Assembly (NCBI GenBank): GCA_965112735.1
Contig: OZ218960.1
Location: forward strand, 992,001 to 1,056,000
Direction of reading: 5' to 3'
Length of the DNA: 64,000 nt
From: Phaeosaccion multiseriatum
Taxonomy: Eukaryota > Protista > Ochrophyta, other classes
Shown here: piece by piece, positions 24,334 through 36,579 of the stretch
How positions within the stretch are numbered: the stretch's first letter is position 1
Layout of the letters: each line of letters opens with the position of its first letter
Program-made: the position numbers and the translations under genes
Notes under the pieces: generated by a model
Database searches by the model: none
Seen by the model: only the letters and a program-made list of their open reading frames with translations
Told to the model about the DNA's origin: nothing

Positions 24334-25758
24334 TGTTGCTTCCTTCACTTCTGATCTCTCTTACCTCTCAGTGAGCCATATGTCCCAAATCTGCGCCTTT
24401 GTCCGCTCGGGCATCCCATTGATGTCCAGGAAGAGGCTCTGAGGGTGGTCAGTCAGCGCAGCAGTTGGTGATACAGCAGCAGCAGTTGGTGATACAGCAG
24501 CAGCAGCTACAGAACACAGAACCCCCACCCAGTCACCCTAACTCCCCAGCACACACACAAAACCCACCCAAGCACCCACCCACCCGCTGAATCCTTGACT
24601 TGCTCTCTCACCCACCCACCCACACCCTTCCCACCTGGAACCATTCGAGCGCCACGATGCCGACGTCGAAGTCCATGGCCTTGAGATGGGCGGCAAGGTC
24701 GGGCATGAACATCGCGATGAGCTTCTCCAGAATGTCCACCATCACAAACAGCCCGCCTGGGGGGAGGGGAGGAGGGAGGGAGGGAAGGAGGGGAGAAGAT
24801 CAGTCAGTCAGTCAGTCAGTCAGTCAGTCACAGCACGGTCAGTGGGCGATATCCACACGCCTGTACCCCTCCCCCTCCTTCCTTCCTTCCTTCCTCTCCT
24901 CTCCTCTCCTCTTACTTCTCTGCGGCGTGTATACGTCTCTCAAGCCGTACTCCTCGAAGAGCTGCGAGAACACTTTGAAGGCTGCCTCCCCCGAGGGCCC
25001 TTGAAGCAGTGCTTTCGTCGAAGCTGCCCGCCATGGGCCCCTTGGGGACAAGCGCCATCTTCTTCCTCCTCCTCCTCCTCCTCCTCCTCCTCCTCCTCCT
25101 CCTCCTCCTCCTCCTCCTCCTCCTCCTCCTCCTCCTCCTGATCCTTCTTCGTCTTCTTCTCCTCCCCAGTCCGCGCTGTCCTCGTCAGGAAACCATACAA
25201 GCAGGAACAGACACACTGCGGGGCGGGAATGGAGGGATTGAGGAGGAGGACAGAGGGTAGAGAAGAAGGAGAGAGAGTGAGAGAAGGGAGAGGGAGAGGA
25301 CGGAGAGACATAGAGGAGAAGAGAAAGGGAGAGAGGAGGGAGAGAGATATAGAAGAGGAAGAGAAAGGGAGAGGGCCGGGGGAGAGTGAGAAGGCAATTG
25401 TCAAGTCAAGTTACAAAGAAACCAAAAAAGGCGAAAAGTTACAAAAAAACACTCCACTACCCTCCTGCTACAGACCGGGTACAACTTCGGTTCAATCAAA
25501 AGGTAGTGTCGAACCAATCCTCCTTTTTCTCTTCTTATTCTTCTTTTCAGAACAGTACTGGAAGGCCACTTACATTTGTCTAGGCCCTGTACGTAACCGC
25601 TCATGGGAAAGCGTGCCACCATCGCGTACAGCACATTGGCCATGGCTGCACGCTGGCGGCCGAGCTGCTGATGGCCGTTCCAAGCACGCTCTTCGGGGCT
25701 GCTTGCCAAACGAAAGGCGATGGGTAGCAGCAGTAGTAGTAGAAGTAGAAGTAGTAGA

Positions 25759-25792
<34 letters not shown>

Positions 25793-25874
25793 AGAGTAGT
25801 AGTAAGAGTAGTAGTAGTAGTGGAAGAGTAGTAGTAGTAGCAGTAGTAGCAGTGGTAGTAATCGTAGTAGTAGT

Positions 25875-25915
<41 letters not shown>

Positions 25916-26556
25916 TAGTAGGAGGAGGAGGAGTTTGCATCCAACGTGCGTAGGGTGAGTGTCGTTGTCTTGTCAGGCTTTGCCATACATACTCGCGTGT
26001 ACCTACTATACATGCATGCGTGTACCTACCTGACGTTGGAGAGCTTGTCGAAGGCCTTTGACACGTCCCTCCTGATCACCCCCGCAAACACGCTCTTTTT
26101 GCCCAGCAGTGCAAGCTTGGCATACGGAGTCGTCGCCACCTTGACAGCCCGCTGGGACCATCATAAGAATACAGTGTAACATATGAGAACATAATGTAGG
26201 GGATGGTGTTGAAGGTCGATATGCGTTTCAGCAGGACGGTGGACGTCCATGTGTATGGGCGCATGAAAACCAACACCAGCAGAATACGGAAGGACAGAGA
26301 GTACCAAGGAATCATTGGGCGCCACGGATGGGCTTCCTGATTCTCAGAGAGAAGAGGGTCATTTCGTCAATTCCCATAGGACAGAAGAACAGACAAGAAA
26401 GACATGGAGAGGCAGGGAGGGGGGGGGATAGAGTAGCGGTGCGTTTGAAGACTGCTGAGCCTAAAAGAAAGAAAGACGTACCTGTTCAGGCTTAGCGCCT
26501 GACGCTGCCTTCTTCCCCTCCTCCTTCTCTTCCTCCTCCTCCTCCTCCTCCTCCTC

Positions 26557-26593
<37 letters not shown>

Positions 26594-27760
26594 AAGAGCT
26601 CTCGCTCTTCCTGCCTCTTCCGCCTCTCAGTGTGGTCCTTGGCAGCTGCATTGTCCATGGCGATTGCTGTGTGCAGCATGCTCTCCCAATATCGGGCTCT
26701 GTAGGGCAGAGCAACACAACAAGAAAGAGATGGAGAGAGAGATAGGAGAGATACAGACCCAGAAGAGAGGGACAGGGAGAGAGACAGAAGAGAGAGAGAG
26801 TGTGTGTGTGAAGAGTGTGTGTGTGAAAGAGAGAGAGAGAGAGAGAGAGGGGGGGGAGAACGAGAAAAGAAAAGAACATTCGCTCTACCACCCTGTCATG
26901 GCTCACCCTTTCCCCCTTTTCCGCTTTCCCCTGTCTGTACTGGTCGGTGCTAATTGTTCCATGGTCGGTGCTAATTGTGCCATACATCTCAACGCCGTCG
27001 ATCCCCAGGGGACATATGCCAGGGGCCTCTCATCCCATCCTCCCTTCCCCTCCCATTCTCGTCCCATCGGCATCCCATCCATCCCACTCCCCTGGTCATA
27101 TCTTCATCCAATCACTCACTCACTCACTCACTCACACACTCACACACACTCACATACTTAGCTCACTCACTCACTCACTCACCCACTCCCCCACTCACTT
27201 ACTCACTCTCTCCACTCACTCACTCACTCACTCACTCACTCACTCACTCACACACACTCACATCCTTAGCTCACTCACTCACCCACTCACTCACTCCACT
27301 CACTCACTCACTCACTCACTCACTCACTCACTCACTCACACACACACTCACATACTTAGCTCACTCAATCTCACTCACTCACTCACTCACTCACTCACTC
27401 ACACACACACTCACATACTTAGCTCACTCACTCACCCACTCACTCACTCACTCCACTCACTCCACTCACTCACTCATTCACACACACTCACATACTTAGC
27501 TCACTCACTCACTGCACTCACTCACTCACTCACTCACACACACTCACATACTTAGCTCACTCACTCACTCCACTCACCTGAGCAGCGGGGAGGCTCCATA
27601 CCTCCGAATGGAAGTCCTGATCAAAGCCATCTGATCGCTCAACACCGCCGTCCTGCTACTCCGACACACCGCACTGAGAGCGCAAATGCTCTCAGGTCCA
27701 TCTCCACACAAGGCAATCCCTCGGAGAGCGTGGAGGCACTGCATGACAGCGCCCCATTTC

Positions 27761-27794
<34 letters not shown>

Positions 27795-30606
27795 TGCCCA
27801 TATGACTGATGCTGCCGCTGCCGCTGACGCTGCCGTTGCTGATGGTACTACCGTGTCTGCTGTGGCTGCGACTTCGCCCCTTCTCCCCTCCTCGCTGACG
27901 GATCCTTCGGGCGTAGAATATGAGTGAGTGTGGGAAGGAGGAGTGATTGAATGAGTGGGTACGTTAGTGAGTGAGTGAGTGAGTTAGTGAGTGAGAGTGA
28001 GTGAGTTGGGGGAGTCATGTGAGAATGAATGACCCAAAGACAGAAAAGAAAGAAGTGGGGGGTTTTGAGGGGAGGAATGCACGCGAGCGAAAGGCTGATG
28101 TGCGGAAAACTCAACCCAGCAAAGCCTGACGAACCCCTCCCACCCACCCCATCCACCACCACAGCATCCCATCCACTGCCATCCCATCCTCTGCCATGCC
28201 CATCCCATCCCCATTCGAATCGCCATCCCATCCACTGCCATCCTTCCATCCTTGTCAACCACTCCCTCACCTCTGGAAGAAGGATGCCCGCTGCATGACC
28301 AGGCCATCCAGGACCTTCTGCCTGGTCTCGTAGCTCTCACCCTTGTCCCCGCGACTCCCGTCCCTGTATTCTTGTCCCCCTTCAAAGCCCTGAAACGGCT
28401 CAATCGGTTCGACCGTCATCGGCACCGAACTCGCAATCTTGTGCGTGAACGATCGGTGCTGAATGTACTCATGCTGCTGCTCCTCTATTTCTGCGTCTGA
28501 TTCCATTGCACTGCCATTAGCATGCCCTTCATCCCTCAGAAACTGCCATGCTTGGTGCTGATATTGCCGAGTGCGCTCCCTTAACCGCTGGATGGCGAGC
28601 TCTCGCTCCTCCACGGAAAGGCCCCTCTGCCGAAACTGCTGCACAATGCCCGAAACGTTCACATGTTGAAACAAGTGGCTGGAGTGGAGTAGAGTCCATA
28701 AGGGTGCAGTCCGACAGAGAGAGAGAGAGCGGGAGAGAAAGAGAGAGGCAGCGAGAGAGAGAGACAGAGCGAGAGAGAGAGAGAGAGACAGAGCGAGAGA
28801 GAGAGAGAGACGAGCAATCGCAGCAAGAGTTGAGGAGGGCTTTCCAGTTTGCAAGCCAAGTCCACTCGGGAGCTAAGGACCCACGGACACTCCCACCAAC
28901 ACACACACGCCCCCCCCCCCCCCACACACACACACACACCCACACACACACACACACACTCAAAACACACACACACACACACTCAAAACACACACACACA
29001 CCCACCCCCACCCACACACCCACACCCACACACACACACACAACACAGAAGAACACACAGAGAAGAACGCACACACACACAAGAACACTGCAGTTCTCGA
29101 CAAGAGTAGACAGAAGGGCCACGAGGCCGTCCGTCCGGAGGGCCAAACAGAGGAGAGAGTCCACGTAAGTCAGTGATGAGCTCGACATGACAATACACAC
29201 CTGTCTTTCACCATCTTGGTGTAATTATCCACAGCGGCCTGTTGGTGGATACGTAGGTAGGCAGGTAGGTAGGTAGGTAGGCACGTAGGTAGGAAGGAAG
29301 ATAGGTGGGTAGGTAGGTACGCAGGTACGTCGGTAGGTAGATAGGTCGGTGGGTAGGTAGGGAGTAATAGGGAGGCAAAAAATATGCCCCCCCCCCCCCC
29401 CGGGCTGCAGATGGCGACCACTGCTGGGTACATGTACCTCGTCTCGAATCCACTGCCCCTTCCTTTCCTCGGTCCAAGAAATGAAGAGTCGTACGCTAAC
29501 ATAGGCCGACCTCGCCCTCATCAAGCCCCAACACGAACGCACACGCGAGCATGCACGCACTCACACTCACGTCCCGCCGGCCCGGAGTAAGTCGTACAGC
29601 CTCTCTTTGCCTCCCTCCTCCTCCTCCTCCTCCTCCTCCTCCTCCTCCTCCTCCTCCTCCTCCTCCTCCTCACCTGCTTGTGTTGTTGTTCATCAAGAGT
29701 GAACCTCGCCTGTGCCGCCCTGTACCGCTTGAGCACCGCACTGTTGCGAGGCGAGTGCGGGACCCCCCTCTCTGCAGCTCCTTCCCTGTCCCCGGTACCT
29801 CCGTCCCCACCTGGGACGCTGAGAGGACCGCCATAGCTCCATCGCGCTGTGGGGGTACGGACCTTTCCACGGGGAGTGGTCAAGGCGTTCTCGCCTGCCG
29901 CTGCCACGCCCTCTTGTCCTCCTTCTCCTTCTCCTCCTTCTCCCCCTTCTCTTGCTGCGGCGGCTGGTCCTGCTCTACCCTCTCCCAGACCGTCCTCCTC
30001 CACCTCCTCTTCATCTCCTCCAAACGCACTCACTCCTTCCCGTCGCGGTGAGAGGAGATCCCTGGCCGACCCTCCCACTGCTTCGTCGCCCCCTCTCACC
30101 AGGCCCTTTTCCGCCTTGACATGATCCCAATTTACATTTGCACCCGCACCGAAACGTCCCCCAGAAAGCAAGCCCCCTCCTGTGTCGTACCCACTGCTGC
30201 TACAACCGGTGTTACTCGTAGCACAGCTGCTCGCGCTCCCAGCCCAGTCGCCCTTCGGGTCTGGAGGAGGAGGAGAACGCAGGATCTTCGCTGCCGGCAA
30301 CCCACCTGCTGCTGCCCCCCTCCCTGCCGCTGCTCCCGGGTCTCCTTGGTCTGGGCCTCCAACGCCGGCACCCGTTGGCCTCGCGGTGAGCGACTCTCTT
30401 AGCTGCTTCACCGAGAGCTTGGCACCGCTTTCATACATGAGGTCGTCGTCATCGCAACCCCCCCCCCCCGTGTGAGTCGTGCTGGTGCGCGAGCGATTGG
30501 CGCTTGAGATGGTGCTAATCTTGCCACTCTCTCTGTCTACCACCTCGTCCTTCGACGTGGAGTGCTTGATGAAGAACAGCGGGTTCGTTCCCCGGGAGTT
30601 GCTCAT
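21838..30606 (-). CDS. TBC-domain (Rab-GAP family) protein, multi-exon
   Basis: Spliced motifs [102 protein letters not shown] are all TBC-domain hallmarks. Long low-complexity termini. Confidence 0.85.
27110..27577. repeat. Compound (ACTC)n minisatellite with recurring CACACTCACATACTTAGCTCACTC unit in TBC intron
   Basis: Unit CACATAC(T/C)TAGCTCACTC recurs about six times among ACTC repeats. Confidence 0.9.
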
Positions 30607-30871
30607 CTTGTAGCAGTCTTCCTCAGCTTCCCCTCAAGGCCCAGCAGCCATGCCCGCCCCTTGTGCCAGGGAGTGAGCGAGGGGATTTGGAATCGCGTAC
30701 TTGTCAAAAACAAATTGCTTACGTAACCTTTCGTGTGGTATGGCCCCCCAAGCCTGATCATCCAAGCCGCACCGCAGAGAACAAAAGGTTTGTTCAATTG
30801 CAAGGCCTAACCGTGTGCATGGCTGAAGAAGCGACCTGTATGCTGGTGTGACACACACACACACACACACT

Positions 30872-30904
<33 letters not shown>

Positions 30905-31106
30905 GTAGAGGAGGCGGAGGGAGGAACACAAAGTTCCCCCCCTTTTAAGAGGGACGTGTCGTTCTCCTCCTCCGCCTCGGAGAGAGAGAGAGAGGGCGGG
31001 AGAGAGGGAGAGGGGAGAAGAGAGAAGAGAGCCTCTACAATGAAGACCGATGCTCCAGGGAAAGAGCACTAAGAAGGCACTCAGCGTTACCGGATAAAGA
31101 CGCGTT

Positions 31107-33127
31107 ATGGTGAGCACAGCTCAGAGGCGAGTGCTGCAAGGGGCTTCCCCCCGCTGTGCCGGGATGCGCCAGCTTCCTCTACTACTGCTCATGATGATGA
31201 TGGCAGCGTTGCTGCTGCTGAGCGGGACGGCCTCTGCCTCCCTCATTGAGCGGTCGACCTTCACCGCCCCGTTCCTCAGCCACGACCACCGCGGCAACCG
31301 AATCATAGCCCACTGGGACCTGGGAGGCACGGCCGTCGTCAAGCAGAGCTTTCTCAGGCTAACTCCCGACAAGCCGGACAATGCCGGCTTTGTCAAGGCG
31401 AGAGCCGCGCTCGGCCCCATCACGGAGTTCTCCTTCATTACCAAGCTCCGTATGTCGGGCAGATCGGAAAAGAAGTTTGGCGACTCGTTTGGGATCTTCA
31501 TCACTGCCGATAGCGGCGGTGCCCAGCCGGGGATGAAGCAGAACCCTCCTTCGCTGTTACAGGTCCGTGGTGAGGGGGGGGGAGGGACCTGAGAGGGGGG
31601 GGAGGGAAACGGGAAAGGGGGGAAGAGGCTCTTGTTCGTGTGGTTGCGTCGAGAGGACGCGGGGAGGGGTTCTGAGCAGCTGCGCAGATGTAGAGAGTGC
31701 TTATTCCCGAGCGTTTGAGCTTTGCACGCCCTCGCTGAGAGACGATGCTTCACTCTCGGGAAGTGCCCCTTGATGCCCTTCCTGCACCTCTTACTTTGTT
31801 TCGTGTGTGTCTCTTGCCCCTCAACAGAATACAGAAAGTGGGAGCATATTTGGCGTCAATCCGAACTTCATCGGGTTGGGTGTTGTGATTGATTTTGTCA
31901 AGGACGGGAGCGACGGGGGGGCACCAATGCCCAAGGGGGTGAGGGAGTTTAAGGACGTGAAGCTCATCACCAATAACGGGAGGACGGGTAAAGAACAGGT
32001 TAGTCGGTCATGCAGTCAGTCAGTCAGTCAGGAAGGAAGGAAGGAAGGAAGGAAGGAAGGAAGGGGGGAAGGAGGGAAAGAAGTCAGTCACGCAGGCAGT
32101 CAGGCAGTCATATCAGTGAGTCAGTCAGTCAGTCACACTAAAACAGCAGCTACCACATGCAACCACGAATCCCAAACTCACAAACCCCCCCCCAGGTCCT
32201 TTCCAGCATGGGCGGCTGCACAGGAAACTTCCGCTTCTACGAGAAGAGAGACGACTTTAATGTCCTCAAGTCGAGTCGCATCAGAGCCAACTACGAAAAC
32301 GGTGTGCTGAGGGTTGAGGTGGACGCTCGCAACACGGGGCGGTGGCGCAAGTGCGACTCTATTAATGTGGCGGAGATGATGCCTGAGGACTGGCTCAAGA
32401 CCGCAAAGGTGCGTGCGTGCGTGCGTGCGTGCGTGCGTGTGCTTGTGTGTCGTGTTCGTAAGTCAGCGGCAGATAGTGACAGTGCTACACGTGTTTAGAG
32501 CGCGCGCTGTTCCCTACGGACCCCACCCCCTCTCCCTCCCTCCCTCCCTCCCTCCCTCCCTCCCTCCCTCCCTCCCTCCTCCCTCTCCCTTCCTCCCCTT
32601 TCCCCCTCTCCCTGCCTCCCCCCCTCTCTCCCTCCCCCTCCTCCCTTCACCCCTTCACCATCCTCACCCCCCCCTCCCCTCCCCTCCCTCCCTCCCCCCT
32701 CCCCTCTCCCCCCTCCCTCCATCCCTCCTTCCTTCTTTCCCCTCCAGGTGCACCTGGTCGCGAACAACGCCATCTACTCCGACAATCACGACGTGCTCTC
32801 CTTCCGAATGTTCGACAGGGGGCACGACGCGTGGGCGGAGGACGAGGCGGACGATGCGTCGGCTGATGACGAGGATGACTTCCTGGTGCTAATCCACCAC
32901 ATGGTAAGGGTTTCCCCCGAACGTAACCCCCCTAGCGTAGCGTCGCTAACGTGAAACGTGAACGGTAACCCACTCACCTACCCACACACACACACACACA
33001 CACACAATTTCAGTTTCTTGGTGATTCCTATATGTCAATGTATATCCCTCCCCCACCCCTACCCCAACGAGCTGAACCTGCTTGCTATTACGTGGCCTCT
33101 TGCGTGGGCCCTGTGTGTGCCCTGCCC

Positions 33128-33186
<59 letters not shown>

Positions 33187-34332
33187 TGTGTGTGTGCGTT
33201 GCTTTTGTACAGGAGCACGAGCTGTACAGCGTACACGACAGCCTCGCGTCCACCATCACGCGCCTACAGGAGCAGGAGAGAGCAGCGGAGGAGCGCATCA
33301 ATCAGCTTGAGGGACAGCTCAGCGAGGAGGTGCTCGGGCAGCTGGCAGACCGCTTGGGCAGCCTTGAGAACCGGGTCAAGGGGCAAATGGACTCGACGAT
33401 GAATAGGCGAATGTCCATCATGGAGGTGAGGGGAGGGCCGAGCGAGAGGGTTGAGCGAAAGGCAATAAACGAACAAGAGGGCCGCAGTAAATAGTGGGGT
33501 GGTTAAGGGACGGTAGAAGGGCAGGAAACGGGCAGTGTAAAGGCTCTACACAGGCAGAGCCAGCTATCTCTCTCTCCATCTCTCTCTCTCTATCTATCGG
33601 TCCATCTATCCATCTCCCCCTCTCTGGCTCTGGGCCACTATCTCTGTCTCTCGGTCTGTCTCTCTCTTTGTCTCAATCTCTTTCTCTCTATCTATCGGTC
33701 CATCTATCTATCTCTCCCTCTCTGTCTCTGTATCACACACTCTCTCTCTGTCTCTTGCGCTTTGTGAAGGGACAGTGGGATATGCTTTGCTTTGCTTTGC
33801 TTGACTTTGGACCGGGGGGGGGGGGGGTTGCACGCTTCTCTTCCACCCCTCTTCTCTTCTCTTCTGTTCTCTTCTCCCGGGCGATTCGTTGCCATTCTGG
33901 CTGACGACAGGCTCCCCCAACCTTCGTATGTCTGTATCTGTCCCGTCCCCCCCTCGCCTCCCCCGCCCCTCCCTTCAACCCACCCCCTCCCTCCCTTCCA
34001 CCCTCCTTTCCTCCCTCTCCCCTGCTGCTTGTGCCTGCCCTGCCTACCCATATGCCTGCCCATATGCCCGCCCATGCACCCGCTTATATATGCTCATGTA
34101 CATGCCCTGCCTGCCCATACACCTGCCCTGTGCCTGTACTCCGATTCCGATTCCGATTCCGATTTAACAGAACCGGATGGACACAAAGATCACCGACACA
34201 GTGGTGATGGGTGTGGGTGAGGCGAGCAAGACTTGGAGAGGCCCCTTTGCCATCCTCATTGTGCTGCTGTTGCTCCTCGTGTTTGGAGCGTATCGGCAGT
34301 ACCGAGCACTCCGCAAGATGCACCTGTTATGA
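31107..34332 (+). CDS. L-type (legume-like) lectin cargo receptor, ERGIC-53/VIP36/Emp47-like type I membrane protein
   Basis: Signal peptide; WDLGGTAVVKQSFLRLTPD, FGDSFGIFIT, FIGLGVVID, SDNHDVLSF; coiled coil (33213-33426); terminal exon WRGPFAILIVLLLLLVFGAYRQYRALRKMHLL* (TM + short tail, stop at 34332). A downstream ATG (31164) may be the real start. Confidence 0.85.
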
Positions 34333-35187
34333 GTGAGCCATGGAGGTGTGTGTGGTGGACGTGTTTGGGGGGGGGGTGTGTGTGTGGAGGAGGAGGGGAT
34401 GATGGACATGATGGGAGATGATGACCCGAGTCCATTTCAATCCACTTCCAGTCCGGTCCAGTCCAGTAAATGATGTGTGGCAAGGCCAGCCCAGTCCCGC
34501 CCAGTCCGGCCCAGTCCGGTTTGGGTTTTGGTTTTGGTGTGTTTCGGCTTGGCTTGGTTGGTTTGGTTTGGTTTGGTTTCAGGGTCGGTGATGCTTTCAA
34601 TGCCATCCATCCACCATCCATCCACTGCCATCCACCCATCCATGCATCCATATGCAAATGGATTGGGTAGCCCGGCGACGGTTGAATGAATAATGTTCCC
34701 GCCTCCTCTCCTGGGGCCCAGGGAACGTTCCACGTTGAACGTTTCCTCCTGTGGCCTGGTGGACTAGGCTCGGAGAGAGAGGCTGAACGAACGGCGTGTC
34801 CTTTGGGTCCAGGGGGGTCTTCAATTGGGTATTGTTGGCTCAGGAGTACCGGGGGGGGGGGGGAGGAGAGAGAGGGGAGGTTGTGGTGGTGGGTGAAGGT
34901 GAGCAACTGTGGATAGGCTGACTGAATGTCTTGCCTTGTCCTTGGCCGCGAGGAGCAAGAGGGAAGGAGGAGGAGGAGGAGGAGGAGGAGGAGCGTGTGG
35001 GAGAAGGTCGGCGCGGTATCGTAGAAATAAGGTCGAGGTACAGGCGCCCAACTATATACACGTGGTTATTTTATGTACATACATCTCCCGATGGAGGGAG
35101 GGTTGGCCACAGGCAACCCCCCCCAGTAGTAGTGCCTGTCTACCACAGGTGCAACCGCACACCGCCTTTCTCTCTCTCCGCCCCCCC

Positions 35188-36433
35188 TTACTCCTCCTCT
35201 CTCCAAGTGCTACCACAAGCATTGCAACACATGGCCAGAATGAGCTCTGGGCGCTCCTTACTACCCCATGTCTCTGCCTTGCCGATGTCCCTCCCTGCCC
35301 CGCCGAAGGGTCTTCCGTTGGTATCTAGGCTCTTGCAGGCTCGGCAGCGGTACACTCCCTTGTACACTTGCAGCGGCGTGTATCCCGGCACCACAGCACC
35401 GCTACTACTAGCACCACTGGTGCTTCCAGCACCAGCACCAGCACCAGCACCGCCGCCATCGCCCTGCTGCTGTTGCTGCTGCCCCACATTCCAGTAGATC
35501 CTCCTCTTGGAGCTACGCTTCTTCGTGAGGTCTGCTGAGGCTGGGAGCCGCGGTTCTTGTTTGCCCCTCTGTCTAGCCCCCTGGTCTCCCCCTATTGATC
35601 CTCCTCCTCCTCCTTCTCCTCCTTCTCTGGTGAGGCTGACGCTGCTCCTCGGCCTCTTTACTCCTCCTCGTTTCGAGCTGGAGGTGCTGGCATTGCCGCT
35701 ACCACCACCAGCAGCTGGAGCCATCAGAAGCGCCCCTAAGGGGTCCTTCTCCGTCCTCCGATCGTACTCCCTCAGATGTGCCTCCACCTCCTCCTGCACG
35801 TCCTCGAAACAATCTGTCCACATCTATAGAGGAGATGGGATGGTGGGTGCCGTGCGAGGGAGGGGGCGGCGAGGGATACGTTAGTAAACATGACCATACG
35901 CTGACAGAGCACTACACGGAGACCCCGTGCTATTTTGCTCCGCTGATTACGTCCTCTCCGCGGGAAAATGCCCACCCTCCCTGTCTCCCTCCCTTCCTCC
36001 CCCCCTCCATCCCTCCCTCCCTCCCTTTGTTTCGTTTCTTGCTCACCTTGCTAAACTCCGGGGTCTGCTGCTCCAGGACCATGGCATTGGATATCACAGC
36101 CTTATGGGGGTGCTCACTTGCATGGTCCGACGTATGGAAGTGCCTCAGGCCTGTCAGGGGGATACAGCAAAGAGCAGAACGACGCGGTAAGTCCTTTGAG
36201 TAAACTCTCCTTAACGTTGCATCTTCGAGAGGGAGAGGGAGAGGGAGAGGGAGAGGGAGAGAGAGAGAGAGGGAGAGGGAGAGAGGGAGGGAGAGATAGA
36301 GAGGGAGAGAGCGGGAGAGAGAGAAAGGGCGAAGTGTTTACTCACAGAAAGCGCTCCCACAGCAAGACACACACGAAGACCTCGTGAAGCATCGAGAGCA
36401 CACAGTCTTCACGTCCCTCCTGCTGCTAGCCAT
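35188..36433 (-). CDS. Uncharacterised protein with N-terminal Cys/His zinc finger and C-terminal TFIIS-like zinc ribbon (3 exons)
   Basis: Exons approx. 36433-36346, 36150-36047, 35823-35188: MASSRRDVKTVCSRCFTRSSCVSCCGSAFCLRHFHTSDH ... YRCRACKSLDT...KAETWGSKERPELILAMCCNACGSTWREEE*. Branch-point-like ACTAAC upstream of the last acceptor. Confidence 0.7.
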
Positions 36434-36579
36434 CACGCACGCCTCCCGACCGCGCAGGGATCGGGAGTGGATTCGCAGGGCCGAAAAAAAAAGGGAAAAT
36501 CAAAAACTCTCGTCGCGGAAACCGGCCGTAACCGTGCGCGGGGAGGCGCAAGATAATCGAGGCAAGCGCCTATGCTCCG
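36434..36579. promoter_or_regulatory. Putative bidirectional promoter (zinc-ribbon gene / large hypothetical gene)
   Basis: 146 bp between divergent ATGs, with a central A-rich tract. Inferred from geometry only. Confidence 0.45.
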
